Shown: in pieces, positions 1 to 12,062 of the stretch | How positions within the stretch are numbered: position 1 is the stretch's first letter | How the letters are laid out: each line of letters opens with the position of its first letter | Source: Lama guanicoe | Lineage: Eukaryota | Length of the DNA: 64,000 nucleotides | Assembly (NCBI GenBank): GCA_013239625.1 | Contig: MU054391.1 | Coordinates: 6,407,824 to 6,471,823, forward strand | Direction of reading: 5' to 3' | Notes under the pieces: generated by a model | What the model was told of the DNA's origin: nothing | Database searches by the model: none | What the model saw: the letters and a program-made list of their open reading frames with translations, nothing else | Program-made: the position numbers and the translations under genes

Positions 1-99
1 TTCCTCCTCGGTGTGGCAGTAGCTGTGAACATCCATAAAGACCCAAAGGAACACCTCTTCTCTTCTAGAGAAACTTAGCCAAAAAAAGTTCAAGCAAAG

Positions 100-790
100 C
101 TCATAGACCCTGGTCACCCCCTCGGCCTAGCTTCTGCCGCGGTGACAGCAATGTCCTCGTCTCCCAGCACCGACCAGCTCCGCCGGGCACCGTCACTCGC
201 CTGTGGGCCTCCCCAAGTCTGAGGCTGGCGCGGGCCCAGTTGAAACAAGCCCGGGACAGGGCCGAGGAGAGGGGCGGTTGCCCGGCGAGGAGAAGGACTC
301 ACCTCGGGAAGGGACTTGCCGCAGCTGAGGCTGTAAATCTTAACCTCGTTGAGGCTGGAGACCTGCATGGCGGTGGCGCCGAGGGTCGGAGACCCCTGCT
401 TCAGTCCAGGACCCTCTCCCCGCAGCGCACGCCAGGATCACAAACCAAGCGCTTCCATGGGCGCCGCGGCAGCGTGGGGCGCAGGCGTGGGGCGCAGGTT
501 GATGACGCACTTCCTGGCGCGGGAAAAGCGCCGGTCCCGGAAAAGGGAAAGTGGCTGAGCTAGGGAAGAGCAGCGGTTGGAAGGAAAGCCGTTGAGGCTT
601 AGGGAGGTAGAGAGGCCGGGGGGCCACCTTAATATGGAGGAGGGCCAAAAACCTCTCTCCCTCTTCTCAACAGGGAGGGTCAGGAAGCCCTTAGGTCCGG
701 TGCCTGGGTCGTTCGCACGGAAAGGCTCCCGACCCAGGGAGGGCGGTGTTGGATGAGCTGAACCAGGTCCTTGGGAGCTCCGTCAGGGAA
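100..790. promoter_or_regulatory. CpG island / promoter of NOL10
   Basis: GC- and CpG-rich; TGACGCA (CRE/ATF-like, 503-509), CACTTCC (ETS, 508-514) and GGCGCGGGAAAA (E2F-like, 516-527) clustered upstream of the ATG. Confidence 0.85.
303..368 (-). CDS. NOL10: Nucleolar protein 10, coding part of exon 1 (MQVSSLNEVKIYSLSCGKSLPE); gene continues left of the window
   Basis: ATG at 368 in a GCCACCGCCATG context; 22 codons matching the conserved NOL10/Enp2 N-terminus; phase-0 donor GAG|GTGAGT at 302-297; lies next to ATP6V1C2 as in other mammals. Confidence 0.96.
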
Positions 791-942
791 CCTACGGAGA
801 GAGTGTGGCCTTTGAGCGAATTCAGAATGAAAGTGTATTCCTTTCTCGCCAGTGTTTCTGCTACATTACATTAGAAAAAAATATTTTAAAAATTTGGTGT
901 ATTAAATGATATTTTTCACCTGGATTTGTTTGAGGTTCATCC

Positions 943-2771
943 TGTAGGGAACCCAAATCTGCCACCCCAAAATGTCTCTTTGGCATGCAGATTATTTTGA
1001 GGTGAAAACAGGTCCAAAAGACTGAGGAGAAACTTTGGCCTTCCCCTTGACTGCCTAAAGAAATGTAGGTAGAAGACCTGTTCTAGAAGGGAGCTGTCAC
1101 CATAGATAGCTATAGTATGAACTAGGTGTGGTAGACAGGAACCCAGCAAAATCTGTTAAAATTCCTCTCTCTGTCCCATTGCCTCTGCATGGCCCAGAGC
1201 TAGCAGTAGTTTACCAAGCATTTGCTTTTTTTTTCTTTTTCATCACATGTAATAAGGCTATGTATTACTTTTTGAAGCTGTTTTTTCAATTATACATTTG
1301 CGGGGGGTGGATGCAGGTGTGAATATATGCACAAATATAGTGGGCCATGATATAAAATACGGGCTGTGGTATACAAATGGAATACACTGCTCTAACAGAT
1401 GATTAGGGTCTTTAGATTAAGGGGAAATCTCTGTGCCTATGCAACACTAAACAGCTGTGGGAATAAAATTGTCAAACACTGGATGTTTCTAAAACATCTC
1501 TACACTTAACAGCATGTTGACAAAATATCTGAATGTCTGATTGTCCATTCCTCTTCTCTTCTGGTGTTTAATAAAACAGCCATAGGTTGTGGTTCAGAGA
1601 TGCCAATTCTAGCAACAATTTTATGTACATTTTAATAAACTTTTAAAATTGAAGTATAGTTGATTTACAATATTATGTTAGTTTCATGTATACAGAAAAG
1701 TAGTTCAGTTATATGTGTGTACATATATTTTTTCTGATAATTTTCCATTTAGATTATTATAAGATAATGAATATAGTTCCCCATGCTACACAGTAGGTCC
1801 TTATTGTTTAACTATTTTGTGTATAGTAGTGTGTACCTGTTAATCCCAAACTCCTAATTTATCCCTCCCTCCTTTCCCCTTTGGTAACCATAAGTTTGTC
1901 TTCAATGTCTTTGAGTCCATCTCTGTTTTGTAAATAAGTTCAATTGTATCAATTTTTTAGATTCTACATATAAATGATATCGTATGATATTTGTCTTTCT
2001 CTGACTTGCTTCGTTTAGTATGATAATCTCCAAGTCCATCCATGTTGCTGCAAATGGCATTATTTCATTCTTTTTATGGCTGAATAGTAGTCCATTATTT
2101 CTATATGTATCATATATCTTCTTTATCCATTTACCTGTCAATGGACATTTAGGTTGAGACTACATCTTGGCTATTGTAAATAGTGCTGCTATGAACATTG
2201 GGGTGCATGTGTCTTTTCCAGATATATGCCCAGGAGTGGAATTGCTGGATCTTATTTCTAGTTTTTTAAGGAACCTCCATACTGCTCTCCATAGTGGCTG
2301 CATCAATTTACATTCCCACCAACAGTGTAGGAGGGTTCCTTTTTATTCACACCCTCTCCAGCATTTATTATTTGTAGATTTTTTGATGATGACCATTCTG
2401 ACCAGTGTAAGGTGATACGTCATTGTAGTTTTGATTTGCATTTCTCTCATAATTAGCGATATTTCATGTGCCTGTTGGACATCTGTATGTCTTCTTTGGA
2501 GCAAACATTTGCTTTTTAATCTCAATGTCAGTTGCCTTCCTTGCCTTTGAAGTCCCAAACCACTGCCCCAAATAACCTTTTCTATCTTTAGCTGAAGATA
2601 GTATTTAAGGTGAGGCTTTTGGCCATTTTGGTGAATTACTCAGATTTCCTGGGTCTCTCTCAGGTATATATGTTATTAAACTTTTGTTTGATTTTCTCTT
2701 ATTAATGTCTATGTCAATTTAATTCTTAGACCAGTCAGAAGAACCTAGAAGGGCAGATTGGCTCCCCAGCA
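943..2771 (+). mobile_element. ERV1-class solo LTR (MER34/MER4-group-like), split by an L1 insertion at about 1231-2501
   Basis: Begins TG (943) and ends CA (2771) with 4-bp flanks atcc/aacc; ccccaaaatgtctctttggca 5' motif; TATA-like gtatttaag and attaaa signal in the 3' half; the halves rejoin across a 16-bp TSD. Confidence 0.65.
1641..2501 (-). mobile_element. 5'-truncated L1 (end of ORF2 plus 3' UTR)
   Basis: Degenerate ORF2 C-terminal translation ([31 protein letters not shown]); typical ungulate L1 3' terminus ttgaagtatagttgatttacaat. Confidence 0.9.
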
Positions 2772-3312
2772 AACCACTGAGTAAGGAAATAAGAATTGAA
2801 TTTGAACCTGATATCTTTTGAGGTGGGTGTTTCACAGTATTGGCAGGCCTAGCCTCTCCCTTAAGTATCATTTTCAGGAAGTTCACAAATTTTCTGTGTT
2901 GATCATACAATTACATAGAGAATTGCCTTTCCTGTTACCCAGATCTGAGGACTTAAGAATTCTTGGTATAGTTAGATGAAACTTCAGGGGAAAGTGCAGG
3001 TTAACTGTGCAAACGGGTCGTTTTGAAATTGGAACTCACTTCACTTATGTATCACTGATGTGGGTCACTTTGAGCACAAACTATATTGTTCATGGCAGAG
3101 TAAGGACTTCAGGGCTTAGCAATTTTGTTCCCATTGTAACTGTCCCTAAAGTTCCAGTCCAAATTCTGCCTCTGCCTGAGATTTTCTTTGAGAAAATATG
3201 CAGGACTGCCATCGTCCTTGGGGAGGCAGTGTGCCAAGGTAGAGAGAGGTCATGGGCTTCATAGAGATAATAAAATAAACCTTTTAAGCAAGTAATAAAA
3301 ATAGAAAACGCT

Positions 3313-3577
3313 AACAGAAACAATCACAGACATACAGAATAAACTAGTGGTTGTTAACCAATGAGGAGAGGGGAGGAGCAAGATAGGAGTACCGGATTAA
3401 GAGGTACAAACTACTACGTAAAAAATAAACTACAAGGATTATATTGGACAATACAATGATTATAGCCAATATTTTATAGTAACTTTAAATGGAGTATAAG
3501 CTATAAAAATATTGAATCAGTATGTTGTACACCTGAAACTAATATAATATTGTTAATCAACTCTACCTCAATTTTAA
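3313..3577 (+). mobile_element. Short 5'-truncated L1 3' end
   Basis: gtacacctgaaact...caactctacctcaat terminus; TSD aaaaatagaaaac(g/a)ct at 3297-3312 and 3578-3593. Confidence 0.85.
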
Positions 3578-5139
3578 AAAAATAGAAAACACTTGTTTTC
3601 CAAAATATGCAGAATGACTTTCAAGACATTTTGAAAAATTTTATGCTCAAAAATATTACTTTTATTATTTTCAAGAAGGTATTGTAAAGGCCCATTGACT
3701 GTAAAACACAACAGTATCTGTCGTGTGTTAAGTGCCATGTAAGTGTTTTAGGTATAAGATATAAAGATAAAACCAACTCCTAACTTTGATAATAAAGGGC
3801 TGGACCATTTCGCTTTACCTTATGCAGTCCTGTTTCCCACTGACTGACCTCTAGACTCGCCATCTGTCTATGAACATCAGTTTCATTATTTTGGTTCTGA
3901 ATCATTGCTGATGCTCATCTGGATCTTGGAGTGCCCTCCCCATCTCGTTATATCCAAACCCCACCAGCTGCTCAAAACTCACCTTTTGAATATTTTGCTC
4001 ATTCTCTTGTGCTTTCACTGTGCTGAACAAATACCTCTCTTTTTTGCAGATTTTTATTAGCCAAAATACACAGTAATTTAACATGTTGTCCTACAAACAA
4101 AAATAATGAACATGGAAGCCATGCTCTACCAGACGCCTCTTTCTGGCAGTTTCCTTAGGGCACTCTGGTTTCCTTAAGTCACAGTCTCTCAAGGCTAATT
4201 AAAATGTCATTTTTTTTAAGAGCCCATAAAGTTTCTTTTTTTGTTGTTAAACATGGGATGGGCTACTTTTGAACATGTTCTTCACCCATTATTTTCTTTT
4301 TTATTATTATTACTGTAGGAGAGTTTTAACATATTTAAAAGTGTACTAGCATATCGAACTTACGTGTTTACAACTTAGCTTCAACAATTCACACATGAAC
4401 CATCATGTTTCAGCTACACCCTCACCACTCTCTCATCCTTGGATAATTTTGAAAGATTTGAAATAAGTCCATGGCAATTACCTTTGTGGTTTGTAATGTA
4501 CTTGTCTGACCACCCCTTCCATCTAGATCTGATGACAGGACTGGACTTAATTCATCTCTGAGTTCCCTGGGCTTAACCCAGTGTCTGGTATAGAGAACAG
4601 TCTCAGTAAATTTTTTTCCCCACCTCCTCACCCACTCAGGCTGTCTCCCTCAGCCACCGTAACCACAGCCCAGCCCTCCCCAGTCTCAGTAAGTATTTCT
4701 TGATAAAAATGAATCAATTAATGAATCATTCCCCATCCTGACCCAAAGTCCTAATTCTTTGTTTCATACACTTTGGCCTTTGGTAACATTGAAAACAACA
4801 TAGCTTTGTGCCAGATGGTTATTGTTTCCAATATGCCCATTCATACGTCTTGTCTCTCCAACAAGAAATGTCACAGCTTAGAGTCAGGAACCACACTCAA
4901 AGGAACACGGTGTTTTCTGCCAAGTAAAACAAGCTGTTCTCAGTCCTTGGTGTCAGGACAGCACCCTCCCTACAGTCCCTGGCCTGAGGGTTTGACCTAT
5001 TGTACTGTAAGGTTGCTTTCTCCTGAGGATGGAACGACAAAGCAGGGGCAGCTTCTCAGGTGTTTCTAGTTTCATCTCTAACACAGGCATTCAGTCCCTA
5101 GACTGTAGTGAACTTGAATATGGTGCTTTATTCAATCCC

Positions 5140-5345
5140 AAGCTTAGAGCTAAGAGCACAGACTTCAAAGGCAGACAGCATGGGTCCAAATCCTGGCTCT
5201 ACCACTGGCCACCTGGATGGAGGCTGGATAGAGCAATTTTATGTAATCTCTCTGCTTCTGTCTTCTCATTTGAACAATGAGCATAATAATAGTACCTACC
5301 TTAAGGGCCGTTGTAAAGATAAAATGAGTGTGTGCTGTAAATCAT
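5140..5345 (+). mobile_element. MIR SINE relic
   Basis: ttaagagcacagact..., gggtccaaatcctggctctaccact, tctcatttgaacaatgagcataataatagtacctacc core. Confidence 0.7.
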
Positions 5346-5367
5346 TGAGTCCAGGGTATCTATTTTT

Positions 5368-5508
5368 GTTTGTTTTGGGGGGTGTTTTTGGGGGGAGATT
5401 AGGTTTGTTTATTTGTTTGTTTATTTTTAGAGAACTTACTGGGGATTGAACCCAGGACCTCATGCATACTAAGCATGCACTTTACCACTTGAGCTGTAAC
5501 CTCCCCCA
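5368..5508 (-). mobile_element. tRNA-Ala-derived SINE (camelid vic-1-like), inserted in a MER104-like DNA transposon relic
   Basis: A and B boxes, tRNA-Ala(AGC)-like head, aaacctaat body; TSD cagg(g/a)tatctattttt at 5352-5367 and 5509-5524 followed by aa (L1 endonuclease site). Confidence 0.88.
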
Positions 5509-7014
5509 CAGGATATCTATTTTTAACATCCCTGAGATCAGGATGTGTCTTGTGTGTCATGCATATTTAATTGACAGTATTTTTTCTTCTAATGGTACAT
5601 AGGGTAATGGTGCATCTTCTAGTTAATGGGCTTTTAGGGTTGAATAAAACACAAAACATATGAAGCCCTTAGTTGCTGATACAGTAAGCACTATATAATA
5701 GTTATTATTATTTACTCCTGGGAACCAAAACATTAAAAACTGTTTAAGAAAAAAGGAAAGCTGTAGACTCCAAATAAACTTAAATGCTCTGTTACTGGTT
5801 TGTTATTCCAGAAACCTTCAAGTAACGTTCAAGATTCCTCTCCCAATTCTTTACCTCCACAGCCAATCCATCTCGAAATCCTTTTGATTCTAACTTTCAG
5901 ATGTCAAATTCATTCTCCTCTGTTCCCACAGCCAGAGGAGTTCAAACCTCATCCTCTCCCACCCTGGCCCACTGCAACCCTTGTATTCTAGTCTTCCTGC
6001 CTCAAATCTGTCTCCACAGGAGACAGAGTCATCTTTCCAATAGGGAAATCTGATGTCAGCACTCTACCTCATAACTCTTTAGTTCTCCCCAAACCTAGAA
6101 CATATCTGAACACCTCTGCCGGCCCCTTCTGACTTTCCCTGCACTGTACCTGATGCTGCCCATTCCCTGTCTCCTCTCTCACCCCCACCCTCACTCCCTA
6201 GGCTCTCCCAGCTGCGTTACTCACAGCTTGAAAAATGCGAGACCCTCTCTCACACCTCCTTCGAGTCTTTGCAACTTCTCTTCTGAGCACTTTTAACACC
6301 TCTCTCTGTGAACCTCAGTAACCTGTTCATCCTTCTTCTTCCCCAGGAGCCCTTAAAAATCCAAGTCCTCATCACACGCGGTATAAAATCTCACTGCAGT
6401 TTCTTAAATTGGGGCTTACAGTTGTACTTGCAAAATAACATTTTGGTTTTTTTTTTTCCTATTTCAACAATAATCTTTTTAGTAATCGATATAAGCATCT
6501 CTGACTATCTGGTTGGCATCTTCTGAAAAGTACTATCACTCATATCAGTGCCGAGTTTGCACTTGAGCTTCCAGTTCGCTGATGCCACGTGCCACTACGT
6601 TTATTGTCTCGGTTCAATGATTAGAAGGGGAGGGATGGTATGAAGTAATATGATAGGGACAGGCCGGAGCCAGGTGAAAGTCCAATGATGTCACGGCCTA
6701 TTGTGGTTTTGCAGCTGAGCAAATAAAAGACAGTGGTGGGAAGAAATAAATCAGATAGGGATAAAGAACGCAAAAGAACTCCTGCCATCGCAGTGCTGTA
6801 TATTCATCCAGCAAAGCAGCAACTAACTGGTTTTCATACAAACAATAGCAATCATCATAGTCTGAATTATATCGATTTGAAGTTTTAAACTTTTGCATGA
6901 ACAAACTGTGTACATTTGTTTCAGTGATTAGTAATACAAGGGCTAAAAGCATAATAAACGTATAGCCAGGTTTACATTAGCACATCTTTAAGTAAAAGAC
7001 TAAAAAGAATTAAG

Positions 7015-7283
7015 AATTAGGTCCTAAATGCAACGTGGTATCCTGGATTGGATCCTGGAACAGAAAGAAGACATTAGTGGAGAAATTGGTAACATCTGAA
7101 TAAAATCTGTAGTTTAGTTAATAGTGCTGCAGCAACGTTAGTTTCTCAGTTTTGATAAACACGCGATGGTTATGTCAGGTGGGGAGAATGGGGGGGCTGG
7201 GTGAAGTGTGTACCGGAACTCTCTGTGGTGTATTTACAACTTTTCTGTGCATCTAAAATTATTTCAAAATAAAAATTTTTTTA
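7015..7283 (+). mobile_element. Old L1 (L1MC/L1MD-like) 3' end
   Basis: ctaaatgcaacgtggtatcctggattggatcctggaacagaaa ... tctaaaattatttcaaaataaaa motifs. Confidence 0.75.
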
Positions 7284-7752
7284 AGATTAAGCTAACATTG
7301 CAAGTCTGAGATTTCCACTTTCATGATTAAACATTATTCAGTGGTAAAGAACACTGTCTATTGTTGTAATTTTTAATTTACTTATCTGCATAGCTTCCAA
7401 AATTGCAAGATATATCGTCAAATCTCTGATGCCTCAAAAGCATCTCACCCCATGTAGATGCTGTGTATGTATGTATTGAGAGAATAACAATAAAATCACC
7501 AAAGTTCATTGAATGCACAGTTAGCATTCTAAGTGAAATGTTTTGCACAAGTTGCCCCATGTAATCTTCACCAAAACCTTATGAGGGATATACTATTGAT
7601 TTTCCAAGATTACCAATGAGGAAAGTGAGACAGGTTCACGAAAGAGAAACCTGCCCAAAGAGGTCAATTTATGTAAGGGGTATGAGAGTCGTTGAAGCTA
7701 CAGTATTCTCAACTTTTCTGTAGGTTTGAAAGTTTAAAAAGAAAAACAAACA

Positions 7753-7852
7753 AGGGGGTGGGGAGTCTAGCTCAGTGGTGGAGCATGTGCTTAGCATGCA
7801 TGAGGTCCTGGGTTCAATCCCCAGCACCTCCATAAAAAGGAAAGACAAGACA
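7753..7852 (+). mobile_element. tRNA-Ala-derived SINE, short form (tRNA head plus A-rich tail)
   Basis: tagctcagtggtggagcatgtgcttagcatgcatgaggtcctgggttcaatccccagcacctcca followed by an A-rich tail; acaaacaa on both flanks. Confidence 0.85.
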
Positions 7853-7995
7853 AGACAAACAAATCTGCCCCAGGCTGCAGGAGAGAGGAGGATGCAAACC
7901 CCATCTGTGTGACTGTAAATCACTTCCTCTCCCTCCTCTTCCTCCCCTTTGCCTCCTCTTCTTTGTCCTTTTCCATGTCCTGAGGTTACATCCAA

Positions 7996-8558
7996 TATCT
8001 GTCAGGGTTCTTAGTTGAAAACAACTGTCATTAACTCTGCTCAATTTAAAAGGAAAAAGACCTTATAGAAAGGCTGTTGAGAGACTCACAGAATCCTCTG
8101 GAAAGCAGGGAAGCTAGCTCAGAAACCAAGAAGGAATAAGGGAAGCTGGACCCTCCCACTGAGGCCCCTGCTGCCATTGCCCCTGAATCCAGACTCCGTG
8201 GTGCGCCACCCCTGAAAACTGGACATTTCTGCTGCCACACAGTCACCACCTCCAGGAAGGATGCACCCATTCCTCCGTCTTGACATGACGAATCCCATTC
8301 AAAACCCAGCCTCCATCTGAGCAGCCAAACCCAGGTCACTGGCCCATATCCAAGTTCCATGGGAGGCTGAGACAAGACATATGGTGTTCTCAGCTTCTGC
8401 ACCAAGACAGGGTCTACAAACTTGGAGGTGGGGTCAAATGCTTGGCAGTCAAAGATGACAAATGCCTGGTGGGGAGGGTACATCTCAGTGGTAGAGCATG
8501 TGCTTAGCATGCACAAGGTCCTGGGCTCCATCCCCAGCAGATGATAAATGTCCATCAC
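7996..8558. mobile_element. MaLR LTR relic (MLT1-type)
   Basis: gtcagggttcttagttg... start, gagactcacagaatc internal motif, caaatgtccatcaca end. Confidence 0.6.
8467..8538 (+). mobile_element. Tailless tRNA-Ala/SINE retrocopy
   Basis: tRNA-like sequence ends at ccccagc with no A tail; flanked by agatga(c/t)aaatg at 8453-8464 and 8539-8550. Confidence 0.8.
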
Positions 8559-9049
8559 ATGTGCACTCCAGGCCTTTGGTCAATGTGAGTTTTCTTGATG
8601 CCTTTCTCCTAGATGATTCTGTTGCAGGCCCCCCTAGCTCAGCATACTGACCTGGGATCCATCAGTGAGGACTCCCTAGATGGGCTTCAGGGAGTTCTAA
8701 CCCCCGCCCCCAAACTGACTCAAAATATCTATATGTGTTCATTTTCCTTTGGAAGAGACACAGAATTCTCATCAGATTCCTGCAGGGATTGGTTAGGACT
8801 GAGTAAGGTTTGGAAGACCTGCGTGGTTTGGGCCTAGGGAACAAGCCCCACCCCCCTGCACACCCACCTGGCCAGGCAGCGCGCCCCACACTGCAGCCTG
8901 TAAGGTTTGCAGCCCGCCCCTTCCCCCCAAGCCCATTGAGTTCCCTAGAAGCACCATGGTTCTTCTAGAACCTGCTTCCTCATTTTCTCTCTATCAAGCA
9001 TGACAATAGGCTTGTGGATAGATTTCCCAGCTTCACCTAGAAAACCATA

Positions 9050-9820
9050 ACATACGATGCCCCTCACCTCTGGCTCTCCCCGTCTTGGTAAACAGAACTT
9101 CTTCACTCACCAAATCAAATGCACCAGAAAATCCTTTCTGCTTTATCTACAAAGATTTTGCAGATTTCTACATTGCCACCACCACCTACGACTGCCTGTC
9201 TACCCAGAACTGCTGGTTGATGTCCCAGCTTTCACGCCTCTGCTGACCTACAGCCCTCAGAGCAATCTTTTAAAAATAGTGCATCAGGGGGAAAAAACAG
9301 CGCATCAGAAAGTTTCGCTCCCCTGCTTAGAATCCAGTGCACTGGCATTTAAATCCAAACTCCTTCCTGAAGCCGGCAAGATCCTCCACAACCTGTCTTC
9401 AGCCTACCTCTCTCTCTCTCGTGATGGGAGTCACACTATCTTCTTGCTTTTCTGGCCTCAGGGTCTTTGCACTTGCTGTTCTTTCTGTCAGAATGCTCTA
9501 ACCTCAGCATTTTCATGGCTGGTGGCTTTGCAGCATCCAGATCTGAGCTGAAATGCAACCCCGCTACCCCAGATCTCTTCTCTGCCTCACAGCAGCCCCT
9601 TCCCAACCCCAGGAGCCTCCATCACATCCACGTGCATTTATCACTTGAAGTGACTTTTCTCTTTGACACTTCAAATTTTTTATACTCTGTTTCCTCCAGG
9701 CTCACTAGAATGTAAGCCCTGTGCGAACAGGGACCATCTCCATCTGACTGCTATAAGTATGTGTCATTATATGCAACACTGAGAATACAACAAATAAATA
9801 TATTGGTTGAATGAATGAAA
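9050..9820. mobile_element. L2 LINE relic (3' region)
   Basis: ctagaatgtaagccct...gggacc motif and terminal ttgaatgaatgaa repeat. Confidence 0.7.
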
Positions 9821-10067
9821 GAGGAAGGTGTTACTGTAAGTGATCACCAAAGATCATGTTTCTGTCTTCCAGGCTCTTGCGGATCGTGTGGTCTCCTTCT
9901 TGCCTTTCAGACCCTATTTCAGAATATTGAAATGCCTGATGGCTAACCACACCTTTCCCAGCCCAGGATGCCAAGCCCACCCATTTCCTTGTTTCTCTGA
10001 ATCATCACTTAGGTATCCTCATAACCAGCAGAGGAATTTTCCACACCTTAAAAATACCATTAACAAC

Positions 10068-10635
10068 TGGATTCATTTTCTATTGCTATATAGCAAATGG
10101 CCACAAACTTAGCAGTTTAAAACAACAAATAGTAGCCCACAGTTCTGTAGGTCAGAAGTCTGGCATGGCATGGCTGGGTTCTCTGAAAGAAACCAAGGTG
10201 TCGGTCAAGCTGAGTTCTGATCCAGAGGCTCTGGAGAAAAATCAGCTTCCAAGCTCATTCTTCCTGTTGGCAGAATTCAGTCTTCTGCAGTTGTAGGATG
10301 GAGATCCCTTGTTTCCTTGCTGGCTGCCAGCCAGGGGCCACTCCCAGCTTCCAGAAGCCATTCTTAGGTCCTCCGTGACCCTCAGGAGCAGCACACGGTG
10401 TGACACTTACTGTCTTTGAGGCTGGCCAGGGTGGGTCATCCAGCAGAGAAGACTCTTCTAAAGGGCTCTCAGGTGAGGTGGTGAGTAGGTGGGATCAACC
10501 CATTAGTAACCTTAATTATATCTGTAAAATCTCTTTTGTCATGTAATGTAACATAATATCGTATCATATTCACAAGGGAGGGGATTTATGCAAAGATGAG
10601 GGTCATCGGGTCATCTTAGAATTCTGTGCACCACA
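10068..10635. mobile_element. MaLR LTR (MLT1-type)
   Basis: ccacaaacttagcagtttaaaacaaca, cacagttctgtaggtcagaagtc, cttagaattctg..ccaca terminus. Confidence 0.75.
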
Positions 10636-11447
10636 CACAACACGTGCTGTCGTCAACATCACCACCACCACCATCATCATCCAGTACAGGTTATCTTTCC
10701 CACGAGGGAAAAAGAGAATCACTCCTCTCTCCATGCAACAGATTCTTGGCACATAGCAAAGATTTGAAAAATTAAACTTAGTTACACACACATGTATTCA
10801 GCCGCTACAATTTGTAGACAACATGTCTGAATTGAATGGAAATGCCTTGAGGACTTCCTGTAAAATTTTTGTATTATTTTAATATTTCTTTACTCTTTTT
10901 TTTAAACACTTCTTTACTCTTGATCATATATCCTATAACTATATTCACTCATACACTCATTTGACAAATATCTATTGAGTTACTACTACATGTCAGGCAG
11001 GGTTTAGACATTTGTCAGTATGTCTGCTTTAGGTTGTAAGCTTCTGGAAGGTAGGTTTCAAGGGAAATTATGCATTGAAAATGCTTTGCAGATGACATTA
11101 TTATATAGAAATAAGATATTACTATGTAAGAGTTTCTCTGTGGGCTGAATTGGCTCACAGATTCCAGGATGTGTGTTAGATAATGTGAACGTTTTCAGGG
11201 ATGATATGCAGTTTGCACATTGGCGCTGCCCTCTGTATTCACACGACCTTGTGTTATGCCCTTTGTCCAATTTATGCAACTTGGGAAAGAAAGAGAAAGG
11301 AATATCCAGTTAATATTTTTACCTTCAAAAAGATATACTTTTTTTAATATGTTAAATCCACAAATGGCCACTGGTGAAATAAACTGCAGAATGCTTGATC
11401 ATGGAAATCTATCCCCTCATTAGAACATGTAATAAGCATTCAATGTC

Positions 11448-12062
11448 AAAGACTACACGCACCCCAATGTTCATAGCAGCACTGTATACAATAGCCCAAT
11501 AGGTAAGACAAGGAAACAACCTAAATGTCCGTTGACAGATGACTGGATAAAGAAGCTGTGGTATATTTAGACAGTGGAATACTACTCAGCCATAAAAAGA
11601 ATAAAATAATGCCATTTGCAGCAACATGGGTGGATCTGGAGATTGTCATGCTAAGTGAAGTTTCTAAGTGAAGTAAGACAGAATGAGAAAGAAAATACCA
11701 TATGATATCACTCATATATGTAATCTAAAAATAGAAAAAAGAAGACACGAATGAACTCATCTACAAGATAGAAACGGACTCACAGACATAGTAAATAATC
11801 TTATGGTTACTTGGGGGAAGGGAGTGGGAAAGGATAAATTGGGAGTTCAAGATTTGCAAGTATTAACTAGTATACATAAAATAAATAAACAACAAGTTTC
11901 TTCTGTATAGCAGAGGGAACTATATTCAATATCTTGTAGCAACCTATAATGAAAAAGAATATAAAAATGAATATATCTATGTCTATGTATGACTGAAACA
12001 TTATGCTATACACCAGAAATTGACACATTGTAAACTGGCTATACCTCAATTTAAAAAAAAAA
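11448..12062 (+). mobile_element. 5'-truncated L1 (lineage-specific 3' end), inserted in an L2 tail
   Basis: ORF2 C-terminal and 3' UTR motifs; A tail at 12053-12062; TSD aat(a/g)agcattcaatgtc at 11431-11447 and 12123-12139. Confidence 0.9.

Noticed and set aside
114..302. Extension of the NOL10 ORF to 84 aa
   Set aside because: Read-through into intron 1 past a consensus GTGAGT donor
7756..7832. Possible functional tRNA-Ala gene
   Set aside because: Substitutions in the stems, A-rich tail and flanking repeats, no oligo-T terminator; one of many SINE copies
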